Assembly (NCBI GenBank): GCA_023247445.1
Contig: JAHFGL010000007.1
Location: 17,910 to 81,909, forward strand
Direction: 5' to 3'
DNA length: 64,000 nt
Source: Candidatus Omnitrophota bacterium
GTDB taxonomy: Bacteria > Omnitrophota > Gorgyraeia > Zapsychrales > Zapsychraceae
The notes beneath the pieces were generated by a model. The model worked only from the letters and a program-made list of their open reading frames with translations. It did no database searches and had not been told where the DNA came from. The first letter of the stretch is position 1, and each line of letters begins with the position of its first letter. This document shows positions 38,049 through 49,014 of the stretch, piece after piece. Made by a program: the position numbers and the translations under genes.

Positions 38049-39170
38049 CTATGTTAACGATGATCCATATTTTGTTAAGAAATCTTTCTTAAATTCCTGA
38101 TAGCGATCGACTTTAATCGCCTCACGAATTTGCCGCATTAAATTAACATAAAAATAAACGTTGTGGTATGAAATTAGCTTTAAGCCTAAAATTTCATTCA
38201 TATTAGTTAGATGGCGAATATAACTACGGCTATAACGTTTACAAACCACACATGCACAAGAATCATCAATGGGGCCAAAATCTTGCGCGTGCTCACCGTT
38301 ACGAACAACGACCCTTCCTCGGCTGGTAAAGGCGGTGCCGTTTCGACCAAATCGCGTTGGAATACACGTATCAAACATATCGATGCCATCGCCAACAGCT
38401 TTAACGATTTGATCTGGATAACCGATTCCCATAAAATATCGCGGTTTATCATCTGGCAAAAGTGGTTCAACCCAATCGAGCGTTTCAAACATTAAATCAA
38501 CCGGCTCACCAACACTGACCCCACCAATGGCGTAACCATCAAAGCCGACATCAAGAATGGCCCTGGCGGACTCTTCACGAAGATCTTTAAACGTCGCGCC
38601 TTGAATGATTCCTAATAAATGCTGTTTCTGATTCATCTGATTTTTCAAAAAATATTCACGTGAACGCTTGGCCCAAAGCGTTGTTCGCTCGACAGATTTC
38701 TTTGCTTCCTTGTATTCACAAGGATATGGCGCGCATTCATCAAGCGGCATGATCATATCAGATCCTAGAATGTGCTCGATTCTCATTACTTCTTCTGGTG
38801 TAAAAAAACATAACGAACCATCGACATGCGAACGAAACTCAACGCCTTCATCTGTAATCTTTCTAAATTTGGTCAGGCTAAAAACCTGATAGCCACCGCT
38901 GTCAGTTAACATCGGCCGATCCCAACTGATAAATTTATGCAGGCCGCCGGCCTTTTCGATAACATCCATTCCTGGGCGTAAAAATAAATGATAGGTGTTC
39001 GATAACATTATCTGCGCATCAAACTCTCGTAGGTCTTCACACGAAAGTGTCTTAACAGACCCGTTGGTTCCAACTGGCATAAAAAATGGTGATTCAATTT
39101 TGCCGTGGGCGGTTGTAACAATCCCTAACCGTGCCTTTGTATTCTTTTCTTTCTTTAAGAGTTGAAACAT
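38049..39170 (-). CDS. tgt: Queuine tRNA-ribosyltransferase
   Basis: 373 aa. Zn site [16 protein letters not shown] and the TIM-barrel Tgt motifs (DSGGYQ). Confidence 0.95.
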   Translation of the reverse strand: MFQLLKKEKNTKARLGIVTTAHGKIESPFFMPVGTNGSVKTLSCEDLREFDAQIMLSNTYHLFLRPGMDVIEKAGGLHKFISWDRPMLTDSGGYQVFSLTKFRKITDEGVEFRSHVDGSLCFFTPEEVMRIEHILGSDMIMPLDECAPYPCEYKEAKKSVERTTLWAKRSREYFLKNQMNQKQHLLGIIQGATFKDLREESARAILDVGFDGYAIGGVSVGEPVDLMFETLDWVEPLLPDDKPRYFMGIGYPDQIVKAVGDGIDMFDTCIPTRFGRNGTAFTSRGRVVVRNGEHAQDFGPIDDSCACVVCKRYSRSYIRHLTNMNEILGLKLISYHNVYFYVNLMRQIREAIKVDRYQEFKKDFLTKYGSSLT

Positions 39171-39177
39171 ATTTCTC

Positions 39178-40188
39178 CTAGATAATCATCATGGCATCGC
39201 CATAACTAAAAAATCGATATTTCTGGGCAACCGCCTCTTGATAAGCCTTGGTCATTAATTCTTTTCCGCCAAAAGCGTAAACCAACATTAAAAGTGTACT
39301 AAAAGGAAGATGAAAATTCGTAATCAAAATATCCGTCATTTTAAACTTAAATCCAGGATAAGCAAACAAATTACTACTTCCCTCTAATATTTTATTCTGC
39401 GCCACTGTTTCAAGAACACGGCAACTGGTCGTCCCAACCGCGACAACTTTTTGCCCTTTATCTTTTAACGAATTTATTTTCTTCCAACTCTGCGGGCTAA
39501 CAACGTAATCCTCATAATGAATTTTATGTTTGGTAATATCCTCTTCTTCAACGGGTTTAAAGGTTGCATAATTAATATGTAGTGTTACATGCTGAACTTT
39601 ATGTCCCGCTGCTTTAATCTTTTTCAACAAACCATCGGTAAAATGCAACCCCGCCGTTGGTGACGCGACCGATCCAGCTTTCTTGGCAAAAATTGTCTGA
39701 TAATAATCTTTATCTAAATCTTGATCTTCTCTTTTAATATAAGGAGGCAATGGGATGTGGCCAATGGCATTTAGATGCCGCTGCATCGCTTTTCGATTAA
39801 ATCGAACCAACCGTTTTTCTTTATCAATAATTTCAGCCTTGACCGTACTCTTAGGAAAAACAACATACTCGCCTACTTTTAATTTCCGTAGCGGTCGAAT
39901 CAAAGTTTCATAAGTATACCCGTCTGATAGCTTTTTTAACAAAAATATTTCAACACGGCCGCCTGTTTTTTCACGGTGGCCTAAAAGTCGAGCCGGAACA
40001 ACTTTTGTGTCGTTAAGAACAAAACAACACTGTGGGGGAAGATATTTCCCAAGATTACAAAATCGATCATGAACAATGGTCGCCTTGCGACGATCAATAA
40101 TCATCAGCCGCGCTTGATCTCTTTTCTTTAGAGGATATTGGGCAATGAGTTCTTCTGGCAGGTTGTAATCAAACTCACTTAATCGCAC
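39178..40188 (-). CDS. queA: S-adenosylmethionine:tRNA ribosyltransferase-isomerase
   Basis: MRLSEFDYNLPEELIAQYP N-terminal signature. 336 aa. Confidence 0.95.
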   Translation of the reverse strand: MRLSEFDYNLPEELIAQYPLKKRDQARLMIIDRRKATIVHDRFCNLGKYLPPQCCFVLNDTKVVPARLLGHREKTGGRVEIFLLKKLSDGYTYETLIRPLRKLKVGEYVVFPKSTVKAEIIDKEKRLVRFNRKAMQRHLNAIGHIPLPPYIKREDQDLDKDYYQTIFAKKAGSVASPTAGLHFTDGLLKKIKAAGHKVQHVTLHINYATFKPVEEEDITKHKIHYEDYVVSPQSWKKINSLKDKGQKVVAVGTTSCRVLETVAQNKILEGSSNLFAYPGFKFKMTDILITNFHLPFSTLLMLVYAFGGKELMTKAYQEAVAQKYRFFSYGDAMMII

Positions 40189-40265
40189 AAAAAATTCCTC
40201 CCTTCGGTCGGAAAATCTTTTTTGCTGTGTAGGGTTTAGAAAAGGAATTTTTAGCAGTTTCTGAG

Positions 40266-41465
40266 TTAATATTTTCCTACACTGTTGAAGAAATCATTCA
40301 GTTGGACAATTTCAGCCGCGGGATAATAAAAATTTAGGATGTCTTGATACTTAAATTTCTGACGAGACATTTCGTACGCGCCCCACTGACAAAAGCCGAC
40401 ACCATGGCCCCATCCCTTACCAGCAAAATCAACATAGTAACCTTTCATCATAATCTCATAATTATTGCTCTTGATCAGATTCGGCCCCATAATTTCTCGA
40501 AACTTTCGTCCAGCAATTGTAAGAACAGCATTATCTCTTGTTGTGATCTTAATTAATTTAATACGACCGCTCTCATTACGCTCCATAACGGCCATGTCTT
40601 TAATTAACCCCACTTTAAAGCCAGCCTCCATTAACTTATCCTGAATATCTTTAAGACGAAGATTTTTTGTCCAATAATAATTCGGCGCCGTATGACAATA
40701 GGGACAACTAACACCTTTAAGCGGCTCAAGATCACCTTGCGGCCATAACTCATTAACATCTTCTGTGTGTCCACCACAATTGGAATGAAAATACGCTGGA
40801 AGAATATTGCCCTTATAAATTAGAATTTCTCCTTTGGTCCGATCAGCGGCAATATTCGTTCGATAACGTTCAGCACTTCGTCCGCCATAAACTTGGGAAT
40901 AAATATTGCTCGTTACATCAAAGGATTGATTCTTATTTGCTTTCGCCTGATACAAAGCATAAGTTCGTACCGCAACCGCCTGAGCCCTCATCGCCTCGAT
41001 AGGCCAGCGATGAGAAACCTCATGATACAACACGCCTTTGACATACAATTCCAAATCAATGGTGTTAACAACAAGAAACTTATTATATTGATCAAGGACA
41101 ATGTCAATGGCCCCTCGATAACGAACAGATTTATCTTTAATGACAACGGTTACATCTTTTTTGGCAACAATACGTATTTGTTTTAAAGAATAAAATTGTT
41201 GGTCAATGGTGATCCCACTTTTTTCTGCTTTAACAATAACCTTAGGTAATGATCTACCGGTCATTATTTTCTTTTCAGTTATAGGATCAACAATCTGATA
41301 CTCTCCTCGAATCGACAAATTAAACTGATTTACATCGCTTAAAATCGCGACTCTAATGAGCGGATTTGCCGATAGGCTAGATGAAGAATTAGCCTGATAT
41401 CCCTGGAAAAGAAAAGTTCCCAGAATGCATCCTAAAATGAAGAATTTCGTTATTTTCGATTCCAT
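40266..41465 (-). CDS. SpoIID/LytB-domain protein (amidase enhancer family)
   Basis: Signal peptide, then a C-terminal SpoIID domain (YFHSNCGGHTED, CQWGA). Confidence 0.78.
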   Translation of the reverse strand: MESKITKFFILGCILGTFLFQGYQANSSSSLSANPLIRVAILSDVNQFNLSIRGEYQIVDPITEKKIMTGRSLPKVIVKAEKSGITIDQQFYSLKQIRIVAKKDVTVVIKDKSVRYRGAIDIVLDQYNKFLVVNTIDLELYVKGVLYHEVSHRWPIEAMRAQAVAVRTYALYQAKANKNQSFDVTSNIYSQVYGGRSAERYRTNIAADRTKGEILIYKGNILPAYFHSNCGGHTEDVNELWPQGDLEPLKGVSCPYCHTAPNYYWTKNLRLKDIQDKLMEAGFKVGLIKDMAVMERNESGRIKLIKITTRDNAVLTIAGRKFREIMGPNLIKSNNYEIMMKGYYVDFAGKGWGHGVGFCQWGAYEMSRQKFKYQDILNFYYPAAEIVQLNDFFNSVGKY

Positions 41466-41665
41466 ATCAAGAGAATGAGACTAAAAATAATGCTGATGAG
41501 GATGCTCGTTGTGATGGGAAGAAAGAAAGTGAAATTATCTTTCTTGATGAAGATATCCCCTGGAAGTTTACCAATCCACGGAATCTTGCCAGAAAAACTC
41601 AAAAGTATTCCAACGGCAACAAGAATTACACCACCAAGTATAAGAGTCTTACTTATTTCTACCAT
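41450..41665 (-). CDS. Small membrane protein (DUF2905-like)
   Basis: 71 aa with two TM helices. Overlaps the previous gene by 16 nt. Confidence 0.45.
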   Translation of the reverse strand: MVEISKTLILGGVILVAVGILLSFSGKIPWIGKLPGDIFIKKDNFTFFLPITTSILISIIFSLILLIWNRK

Positions 41666-41674
41666 GTTTAAATT

Positions 41675-42004
41675 TTATTGAAATAATGTCTTAATTTTGG
41701 CTGAATTAAAATAGTAAATAGTAAATCCATTGATGGCGATGCTTATGAAGGCAACGACAATTGGAAAGCCACCCAATATCCCAAGAATTAAAACCAAGAT
41801 GTTTAGCGAGAGAAATATCGTTAGTCCTAATGGGGCCCATGATTTAAACTTATAAACAGACCAAAATATAAAAAATCCACCAAGACCAATAAGGATATTA
41901 AAATAATCGTGGCCCACCCATCCCGCGGCAATATTTCGTAAGGAACCAATACAGCCTAATCCTAAAAGAACCTGCGCCAAAATCGGCCAACGTTTTAAAT
42001 CCAT
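41675..42004 (-). CDS. Hypothetical integral membrane protein
   Basis: 109 aa with three predicted TM helices. Confidence 0.45.
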   Translation of the reverse strand: MDLKRWPILAQVLLGLGCIGSLRNIAAGWVGHDYFNILIGLGGFFIFWSVYKFKSWAPLGLTIFLSLNILVLILGILGGFPIVVAFISIAINGFTIYYFNSAKIKTLFQ

Positions 42005-42028
42005 GAGCTCTCCGCTAAAAACATATTA

Positions 42029-43048
42029 TTAAAATAGAACATTATCCCCTTTTTTCGCTCCAATATGTTGAACGGCAGCAGGTGATAATTCTCGTCCACG
42101 TTGAGTTCTTTTTAAAAATCCAATCTTTAAAAGATATGGCTCAATGACGTCAACAAGAGTATCGACTTCTTCATTGAGTGTTGCGGCTAAGGTTTCAATG
42201 CCAACGGGTCCACCTTTATAAATGCGATGCATCGCCTCCATCAAGCGGCGATCAATATCATCTAAACCGATTTCATCAATCCGCAGTGTTTTCATGGCCT
42301 CAATAACAATACTCTTTTCAACCTTTTTCTCTGATGACTTAACCTGGACATAATCACGTACACGACGTAGCAATCGATTAGCAATGCGTGGCGTTCCACG
42401 AGATCGCTGCGCAATCTCTAACGCAGCATCCGGTGAAATGGCGACATTTAATTTCTGAGCGGATTTAGTCACAATCGCTGTTAATTCTTCCGGAGCATAA
42501 AACTCTAAATGATGAAAAATTCCAAACCGATCGCGCAGTGGAGAGGCTAAAAGACCGCTGCGGGTCGTTGCGCCAATTAAGGTAAACGGTTTTAAATTAA
42601 AATTAATGGTCTTCGCATACGGCCCTTTATCCACAACAAAATCAATTTTAAAACTTTCCATGGCCGGGTAAAGAAACTCCTCAACTACTTTTGATAATCG
42701 ATGAATTTCATCGATGAATAGAACATCACCAACCTCAAGACTAGTTAAAATTCCAATTAAATCACCCGCGCGTTCAATCGCCGGACCTGATGTAATTGTA
42801 ATCCGGGCCCCCATTTCTTGAGCCACAATATTGGCCAGGGTTGTTTTTCCTAGTCCCGGCGGCCCAGAAAATAAAACATGTTCAATAGGTTCCTTACGCT
42901 GTTTGGCGGCTTTAATGGAAACGAGAAGATTATTAATGACATCTTTTTGTCCCACAAAATCATCAATCTTCGATGGGCGTAGCGAAATGCTATAAACCTG
43001 ATCTTCGTCTGTTTCCTGACTGAAAATAATCTTTCGCTTTTCTTCCAT
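42029..43048 (-). CDS. ruvB: Holliday junction DNA helicase RuvB
   Basis: Walker A GPPGLGKTTLA, AAA+ sensor motifs and a winged-helix C-terminus. ruvA is not adjacent. Confidence 0.95.
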   Translation of the reverse strand: MEEKRKIIFSQETDEDQVYSISLRPSKIDDFVGQKDVINNLLVSIKAAKQRKEPIEHVLFSGPPGLGKTTLANIVAQEMGARITITSGPAIERAGDLIGILTSLEVGDVLFIDEIHRLSKVVEEFLYPAMESFKIDFVVDKGPYAKTINFNLKPFTLIGATTRSGLLASPLRDRFGIFHHLEFYAPEELTAIVTKSAQKLNVAISPDAALEIAQRSRGTPRIANRLLRRVRDYVQVKSSEKKVEKSIVIEAMKTLRIDEIGLDDIDRRLMEAMHRIYKGGPVGIETLAATLNEEVDTLVDVIEPYLLKIGFLKRTQRGRELSPAAVQHIGAKKGDNVLF

Positions 43049-43061
43049 GTCGAAAAAGCCT

Positions 43062-43940
43062 TTAAGATGACGGTGGTGTTTGCTCTGGGGGCTGTTGTGA
43101 AGTTTCTTCTGAAGATTGTTCTAAGCTTTGCTCTAAATTTTGTTGCGAGTTCTGTTGAGCGGATTGTTCTAGAATTTGTTCTGAGGATTGATCTGTCGGC
43201 TCGTTGGCCGGGGCAATGTTTTCTTTGTTGCGAAGAACTTCTATTTCACCAAAAGTTTTCTTTTGAACAATTTTAATTTCTTTAAGACGAATAAGTTCAA
43301 GGACGCCTAAAAATGTAACAATAATTTCTGTCTTACTTCTGGCCTTACCAAAAAGTTCATTAAGCATAATCGACGGTCGATCAAGAAGGAAATGCAGGAT
43401 GTCGTGAATCTTTTGTTCAACCGTATGTTCTTCTTTGATAATCTCATGGATAACTTCTTCCGGAAGCTTCTTGAGCGCATCTGTAAGGGCGGTAATCAAA
43501 TCAAAAAGATTGGCTTCAAAATAAACTTCCTTGGCCTCTTCTTTTAATTGATTCATCTTATCAACATCAACAACACGGGCAAAAAGATCTCGTCGGTCGC
43601 CTTCTTTACCATGCAACACTTCAGCAATTTCTTTAAATTGTTTATATTCTAAAAGACGGCGAACCAATTCATCACGGGGATCAAGCTCTTCTTGTTCCAC
43701 TTCGCTTGGATCTGGTGGAAGAAGCATCTTTGATTTAATTTGCATCAAGGTCGCTGCCATGACTAAAAAGTCGCCCACAAAATCAAGATCGAGCATCTTC
43801 ATCATCTCGATATATTGCAAATACTGTTCTGTAATCTTTGTGATCGGAATGTCCGCAATATCAATGTCATCTTTTTTAATCAAATACAACAAAAGATCAA
43901 GCGGCCCTTCAAAAATATCTAAATTTAATTTATAGCTCAT
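43062..43940 (-). CDS. scpA: Segregation and condensation protein A with Q/S/E-rich low-complexity C-terminal tail
   Basis: LDIFEGPLDLLLYLI N-terminal ScpA signature. The C-terminal tail QSSEQILEQSAQQNSQQNLEQSLEQSSEE is encoded by degenerate tandem repeats at 43070-43200. Confidence 0.85.
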   Translation of the reverse strand: MSYKLNLDIFEGPLDLLLYLIKKDDIDIADIPITKITEQYLQYIEMMKMLDLDFVGDFLVMAATLMQIKSKMLLPPDPSEVEQEELDPRDELVRRLLEYKQFKEIAEVLHGKEGDRRDLFARVVDVDKMNQLKEEAKEVYFEANLFDLITALTDALKKLPEEVIHEIIKEEHTVEQKIHDILHFLLDRPSIMLNELFGKARSKTEIIVTFLGVLELIRLKEIKIVQKKTFGEIEVLRNKENIAPANEPTDQSSEQILEQSAQQNSQQNLEQSLEQSSEETSQQPPEQTPPSS

Positions 43941-44917
43941 TTAAAAATCACCTCTTTAACTTCCTCTATTGTCTTTTTGGCCATGACACTGGCTTTCTTA
44001 CGACCAGCTTCTAGAATATCACGAACACGATCTTTGTCTTTAACTAATTTTTCTCTTTTTTCGCGAATCGGCTCTAAATACTTTACTAAATGTTCTGCTA
44101 ATATTTTCTTACAATCCGTACATCCCTTTTGCGCTTTGGTACACCATTCATAGACGGCCTCTTTTTGGCCAGGCGCAAAGACTTCATAATAAGTATACAC
44201 ATTACATTCTTCGGGATGCCCAGGATCTGAGAGCTTAATTCTTTTTGGATCCGTAAACATCATCTTTACTTTCTTTTCAATATCATCTTTTGAATCAGAA
44301 AGATTAATCGCATTTTGATAACTTTTACTCATCTTACGGCCATCTAGACCTAAAAGACGTGGGGTTTGCGTTAGGATAGCTTCGCAGTCAGTAAAAACTT
44401 CCTTTTTGAAAATATGATTAAATCGACGAGAAATCTCGCGTGTAAGTTCTAGATGGGGAAGCTGATCTTCACCGATAGGAACAAGATTCGCTTTATAAAG
44501 AAGAATATCGGCCGCCTGTAAAACCGGGTAACCCAAAAAAGCAAAGGTTTGCAAATCGCGGGTCGTAATCTCGCGCAACTGTTCTTTGTAGGTAGGATTT
44601 CGCTCAAGCCACCCAAGCGGCGTCAAGCATCCTAAAATCATCGCGAGTTCTAAATGTTCAGGAACTTGCGATTGAACAAAAAGTGTCGATTTATCTGGAT
44701 CAATCCCGCAGGCAAGCCAATCAATAGCCATATCCATGATATTTGCATTTATATCATGAGATTGTTCATACTCACCCATAAATGCATGCCAATCAACAAT
44801 GGAAAATATACAAGGATATTTTTGTTGCAGCTCAAGCCAATTGCTTAAAGCCCCAACCAAATGGCCTAAATGTAATTTGCCGGTGGGACGCATGCCGCTA
44901 AAGACAATCTTTCTCAT
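43937..44917 (-). CDS. trpS: Tryptophan--tRNA ligase
   Basis: HIGH-type TGKLHLGHLVGA and KMSKS motifs. 326 aa. Confidence 0.95.
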   Translation of the reverse strand: MRKIVFSGMRPTGKLHLGHLVGALSNWLELQQKYPCIFSIVDWHAFMGEYEQSHDINANIMDMAIDWLACGIDPDKSTLFVQSQVPEHLELAMILGCLTPLGWLERNPTYKEQLREITTRDLQTFAFLGYPVLQAADILLYKANLVPIGEDQLPHLELTREISRRFNHIFKKEVFTDCEAILTQTPRLLGLDGRKMSKSYQNAINLSDSKDDIEKKVKMMFTDPKRIKLSDPGHPEECNVYTYYEVFAPGQKEAVYEWCTKAQKGCTDCKKILAEHLVKYLEPIREKREKLVKDKDRVRDILEAGRKKASVMAKKTIEEVKEVIFK

Positions 44918-47310
44918 AACTTTTGGGCAATCGATTCGATCTCGTAAACTTCGATGATATCGCCAGGTTGGATTTTATCAAAACCGCTCAAAGTAATACC
45001 GCACTCCATTCCTTCCATAACATCCTTCACATCGTCTTTAAATCGCTTTAAAGAATTGATGGTTCCTGAGTAAACAATTTCTTCATTACGGACGACATCA
45101 ATGTTCGCTTTACGTTGAACGCGGCCTTTGGTGACGTAACATCCAGCGATGATTCCTTTGGTCAATTTGAAAACCTCACGAATCTCAACGCGGCTAATAT
45201 ACTTTTTCTTCGTTTTAGCTTCAAGTAAACCTTCCAACGCGTTATGCATATCATTAACCGCATCATAAATAATTCGATATTTACGGATATCAACCGGTTG
45301 CTTTTCTAACTCTTGTTTGGCGCGGACATCAATATCTACGTGAAACGCGATAATGATAGCTGTTGAGGCGGAAGCCAAAAGAACATCTGAGGCATTCACA
45401 TCGCCAACTCCCGAATGGATAAATCGCAACTTAACTTTATCATTAGGAATTTTCTCCAATGAGTCTTTAAGCGCCTCCATCGATCCCTGCACATCCGCCT
45501 TTAAAATCACGCGCAATTCTTTAAGCGCCCCTTTTTGAATCTGGGCGTATAAATCTTCAAGAGTAATTTTACTGCCGGCCTGCAATTTTTGATTCTTTAA
45601 TTGTTCTTCGCGTTTTCTGGTAATTTCACGAGCACGTTGTTCATTTTCAACCACATAAAAAGATTCACCAGCAATGGGAACTTCTGGCAATCCTAAAATT
45701 TCAATAGGTGTTGATGGTGTTGCTTCTTTAATCGCACGGTGATGATCATCAAACATTGCTTTGACTTTTCCATACCGTGGGCCAACTGTAATATAATCAC
45801 CTTCTTTTAACGTTCCGCTTTGAACGATCAAGGTTGCAACAACCCCACGTCCACCACTTAAATTTGCGTCAACAATAATTCCCGATGCTTTCTTCTCATA
45901 ATTAGCTTTTAATTCAAGAAGTTCTGCTTCCAAAAGAATCATTTCTAAAAGATTGTCAATCCCCTCACCTGTGGTTGCTGAAACGCCAGCCACAACAGTT
46001 TTCCCTCCCCAATCTTCCGGATTTAATCCGATCTCCATTAATTGTTTTTTGATGACATCGGGTTGTGCATTTCGTTTATCAATTTTATTTAAGGCAACAA
46101 TGATGGGAACATCCGCGGCATGAGCATGATCAATCGCTTCTTTTGTCTGAGGCATAACTCCCTCATCAGCAGCGACAACCAAGACAACCAAGTCGGTGAT
46201 GTGCGCTCCACGAGCCCGCATCGCGGTAAAGGCCTCATGGCCAGGAGTATCAAGAAACGTGATGCGACCTTTGGGAATATTAACAGAATACGCGCCAATG
46301 TGCTGAGTGATTCCCCCATGTTCTGAATCGGCAACTTTACTTTTTCGAATCCGATCTAGTAGAGAAGTTTTTCCATGATCAACGTGCCCCATAAACGTAA
46401 CGACAGGTGGACGTTGTTTTAAAAGTTTGGGATCTTCATCTTCTTTTTTATGATCTTGAATTAACTGCTCTTCTTGGGTCTTGACCTTGGCTAAATTAAA
46501 TCCAAAATCTTTTAAAATCTTACTGACAATTTCTTCATCTAAACCCTGGTTGATATGCGCAAAAATTCCCATCTTCATCAACTCTTTGAGAATGGCCGCA
46601 GGCTTTTGTTGTAATTTCAAACTTAAATTTTTAACACTGATAGGAACATCAACTTCTAAATCTTGTAAAACAATTTCTCGTGTGATTTTTTCTTCGCCGA
46701 GCGCTCCTGTCGCAGCCAATTGATCAGATGTTTGAGTGGTTCCTAAAGGTAACCCCGTTGATGATGTTGTCGACGCTCCTTGCGAATAACCAAATCCACC
46801 CGTCCTTTGTTCTGGGCCACCCTTTTTTCGTTTCCGCGCCAACGGTTTAAGCGTAATGATCGGTTCTCTGCTAATTTTAGTTTTAAGTCGCGGCGGTTCA
46901 ACAATGGGAGCCTTTTCTTTTGGAGGAGGCGGTGGTGGAGCTGGGGCCTTCTTTATTTCTTCCTTAACCTCAGGAGCTTTTTCTTTTACCTTAACTTCTT
47001 TGGGCTTAACTTCCTTTGCCTTTACTTCATCCGCTTTTTTAGTTGTCTTGCTAGGTTTGGCTTCTTTTTCGGCGGCCTTCTTTGTTTTTTTGGCAGGGAT
47101 TTTCTTTGCCTCTTTGGCGGATTCTTCTTTTTTACTCGGTGACGCTGGAGCCTTAACTTTTAATTTACTTAATTCACTTTTTAAGACGGACATAACGGCA
47201 GGACTTAAATCCTGATTACCATCAACCGCTTTTAATCGTAAAGATTTAAGCGTCTTTAAAATGATTTCATTTGTCGTCTTATACTGTTCTGCGATTTCGG
47301 AAACTTTCAT
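44914..47310 (-). CDS. infB: Translation initiation factor IF-2
   Basis: 798 aa. A K/E/P-rich N-terminus, then G-domain [20 protein letters not shown] and NKID. Confidence 0.95.
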   Translation of the reverse strand: MKVSEIAEQYKTTNEIILKTLKSLRLKAVDGNQDLSPAVMSVLKSELSKLKVKAPASPSKKEESAKEAKKIPAKKTKKAAEKEAKPSKTTKKADEVKAKEVKPKEVKVKEKAPEVKEEIKKAPAPPPPPPKEKAPIVEPPRLKTKISREPIITLKPLARKRKKGGPEQRTGGFGYSQGASTTSSTGLPLGTTQTSDQLAATGALGEEKITREIVLQDLEVDVPISVKNLSLKLQQKPAAILKELMKMGIFAHINQGLDEEIVSKILKDFGFNLAKVKTQEEQLIQDHKKEDEDPKLLKQRPPVVTFMGHVDHGKTSLLDRIRKSKVADSEHGGITQHIGAYSVNIPKGRITFLDTPGHEAFTAMRARGAHITDLVVLVVAADEGVMPQTKEAIDHAHAADVPIIVALNKIDKRNAQPDVIKKQLMEIGLNPEDWGGKTVVAGVSATTGEGIDNLLEMILLEAELLELKANYEKKASGIIVDANLSGGRGVVATLIVQSGTLKEGDYITVGPRYGKVKAMFDDHHRAIKEATPSTPIEILGLPEVPIAGESFYVVENEQRAREITRKREEQLKNQKLQAGSKITLEDLYAQIQKGALKELRVILKADVQGSMEALKDSLEKIPNDKVKLRFIHSGVGDVNASDVLLASASTAIIIAFHVDIDVRAKQELEKQPVDIRKYRIIYDAVNDMHNALEGLLEAKTKKKYISRVEIREVFKLTKGIIAGCYVTKGRVQRKANIDVVRNEEIVYSGTINSLKRFKDDVKDVMEGMECGITLSGFDKIQPGDIIEVYEIESIAQKL

Positions 47311-47316
47311 ATATAA

Positions 47317-48537
47317 TTATCCCTTGCCTTTACCTTTTTTGAGAAAGGCTTGAGCTTCTTCGATGATTGATTGAGCCTTGATTTTACCTAATCCCTTTAT
47401 TTGTGTCAATTCTTCAACTTCAGCCTTGGCGACCTTTTCCAAAGTATCAAATCCATTTTCCATTAACTGGGCCACCATTTTTGGTCCAACCCCATTAATC
47501 TGCGAAAGTGGACTATTCGCCATTTCTTCTTTTTTTGCTGTCTTACCTTGTTCTTCAGCAGCATCATCTTTATCTTGTTGATCTTGCAATTCTTTCCATT
47601 GATCAAAAGAGAAAATATCTAATTCCCAGCCAACAAGCTTGCTAGCTAAACGAACGTTTTGTCCATGGCGACCAATGGCTAAAGAAAGCTGGTCATTGGC
47701 AACAATGATATTTGCCTTTTTCTCATCATAACTGAGTTGAATCTGAGAAATTTCAGCCGGAGAAAGCGCCGCCTGAATATATTCCTTAATGTCATCCGCA
47801 TAACGAACAATATCAATCTTTTCACCATGCAGTTCGGAGACAATGTTCTTAACACGTGAGCCGCGCATTCCAACACAGGCTCCAACACAGTCGATCTTTT
47901 CATCTTTGGAGTAAACGGCGATCTTCGTTCTTTCTCCAACATCACGAGAAATCGATTTGACCTCCACAATCCCCTCATAAATTTCTGGGACTTCCAGTTC
48001 AAAGAGACGTTTGACAAAACTTGGATGGGCTCTGGAGAGAATAATTTGCAGGCCCTTATTATCACGTTGTATATCCAAAACATAAACGCGGATGCGATCA
48101 CCCTGATGGAATTCTTCACGGCTGGATTGTTCGCGGCGAGGCAAAAGCCCTTCCGTTTTCCCTAAATCAATAATAAGGTTTCCTTTTTCAAAGCGATAAA
48201 CACTACCGCTGATAATTTCTCCAACCCGAGCTTGGAATTCTGTGAAGATAACATCCTTTTCTGCCTCGCGGATCTTCTGAATAACAACTTGCTTCGCTGT
48301 TTGGGCCGCAATTCTTCCGAATTCACTGGAACGAATTTCTTGATCGCCGGCATAGGCAATAATTTTTCCCGTTTTTCTGTTTAAGACGACTTTAACATCT
48401 TCGTCTTTATCAACGGTCCATAATTTCTTTGCGGCCGAGGCCACCGCTGATTCAACTGCGGCAATCAGGATCTCTTTGTTAATCCCCTTATCTCGCTCTA
48501 ACTGTTCCAAAATAGTTAATAATTCATTATTTTCCAT
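47317..48537 (-). CDS. nusA: Transcription termination/antitermination factor NusA
   Basis: 406 aa with S1 and tandem KH domains plus a C-terminal acidic HhH region. Confidence 0.95.
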   Translation of the reverse strand: MENNELLTILEQLERDKGINKEILIAAVESAVASAAKKLWTVDKDEDVKVVLNRKTGKIIAYAGDQEIRSSEFGRIAAQTAKQVVIQKIREAEKDVIFTEFQARVGEIISGSVYRFEKGNLIIDLGKTEGLLPRREQSSREEFHQGDRIRVYVLDIQRDNKGLQIILSRAHPSFVKRLFELEVPEIYEGIVEVKSISRDVGERTKIAVYSKDEKIDCVGACVGMRGSRVKNIVSELHGEKIDIVRYADDIKEYIQAALSPAEISQIQLSYDEKKANIIVANDQLSLAIGRHGQNVRLASKLVGWELDIFSFDQWKELQDQQDKDDAAEEQGKTAKKEEMANSPLSQINGVGPKMVAQLMENGFDTLEKVAKAEVEELTQIKGLGKIKAQSIIEEAQAFLKKGKGKG

Positions 48538-48557
48538 AAAATGTCCTTCCTTTAATC

Positions 48558-49013
48558 TTAGATAATTACTACAGCTTTGTGAATAATGTTAAGTGGAATT
48601 GCAATCTCGGCCTGTTTCGTTTGAACCATGATATTGTCAACTTGAGCGTCCATCACAACTCCCATGTATTCCTTCTTATTGTTTAAAAAATCCGATAGAT
48701 GAAAGCGAACCGGTTGCCCAATTATTCTTAAAAAATCTTTGTACGTTTTAAGAGGTCGATCTAACCCCGGCGATGAAACTTCGATTTCACAATCACCGGC
48801 GATAACTTTTCCTTCTTCAATTTTGTTCGCAATTTGACGATTAACGAAAGTGCATTCATCAAGAGTAATCCCGCCTCGCTCCCGGTCTGTTAAAATCTGA
48901 ATGTGAACCGTTCCTTGATAAGGCCGAACATTTAATTCAACCAGTTCAACATGCGCCTCTTGGAGTATCGGCATAAGTAGTTCTCTAATGGTTTGTTCAA
49001 CTTCCATTTCCAT
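48558..49013 (-). CDS. rimP: Ribosome maturation factor RimP
   Basis: 151 aa. Position upstream of nusA-infB and RimP-like N-domain motifs. Confidence 0.83.
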   Translation of the reverse strand: MEMEVEQTIRELLMPILQEAHVELVELNVRPYQGTVHIQILTDRERGGITLDECTFVNRQIANKIEEGKVIAGDCEIEVSSPGLDRPLKTYKDFLRIIGQPVRFHLSDFLNNKKEYMGVVMDAQVDNIMVQTKQAEIAIPLNIIHKAVVII

Positions 49014-49014
49014 A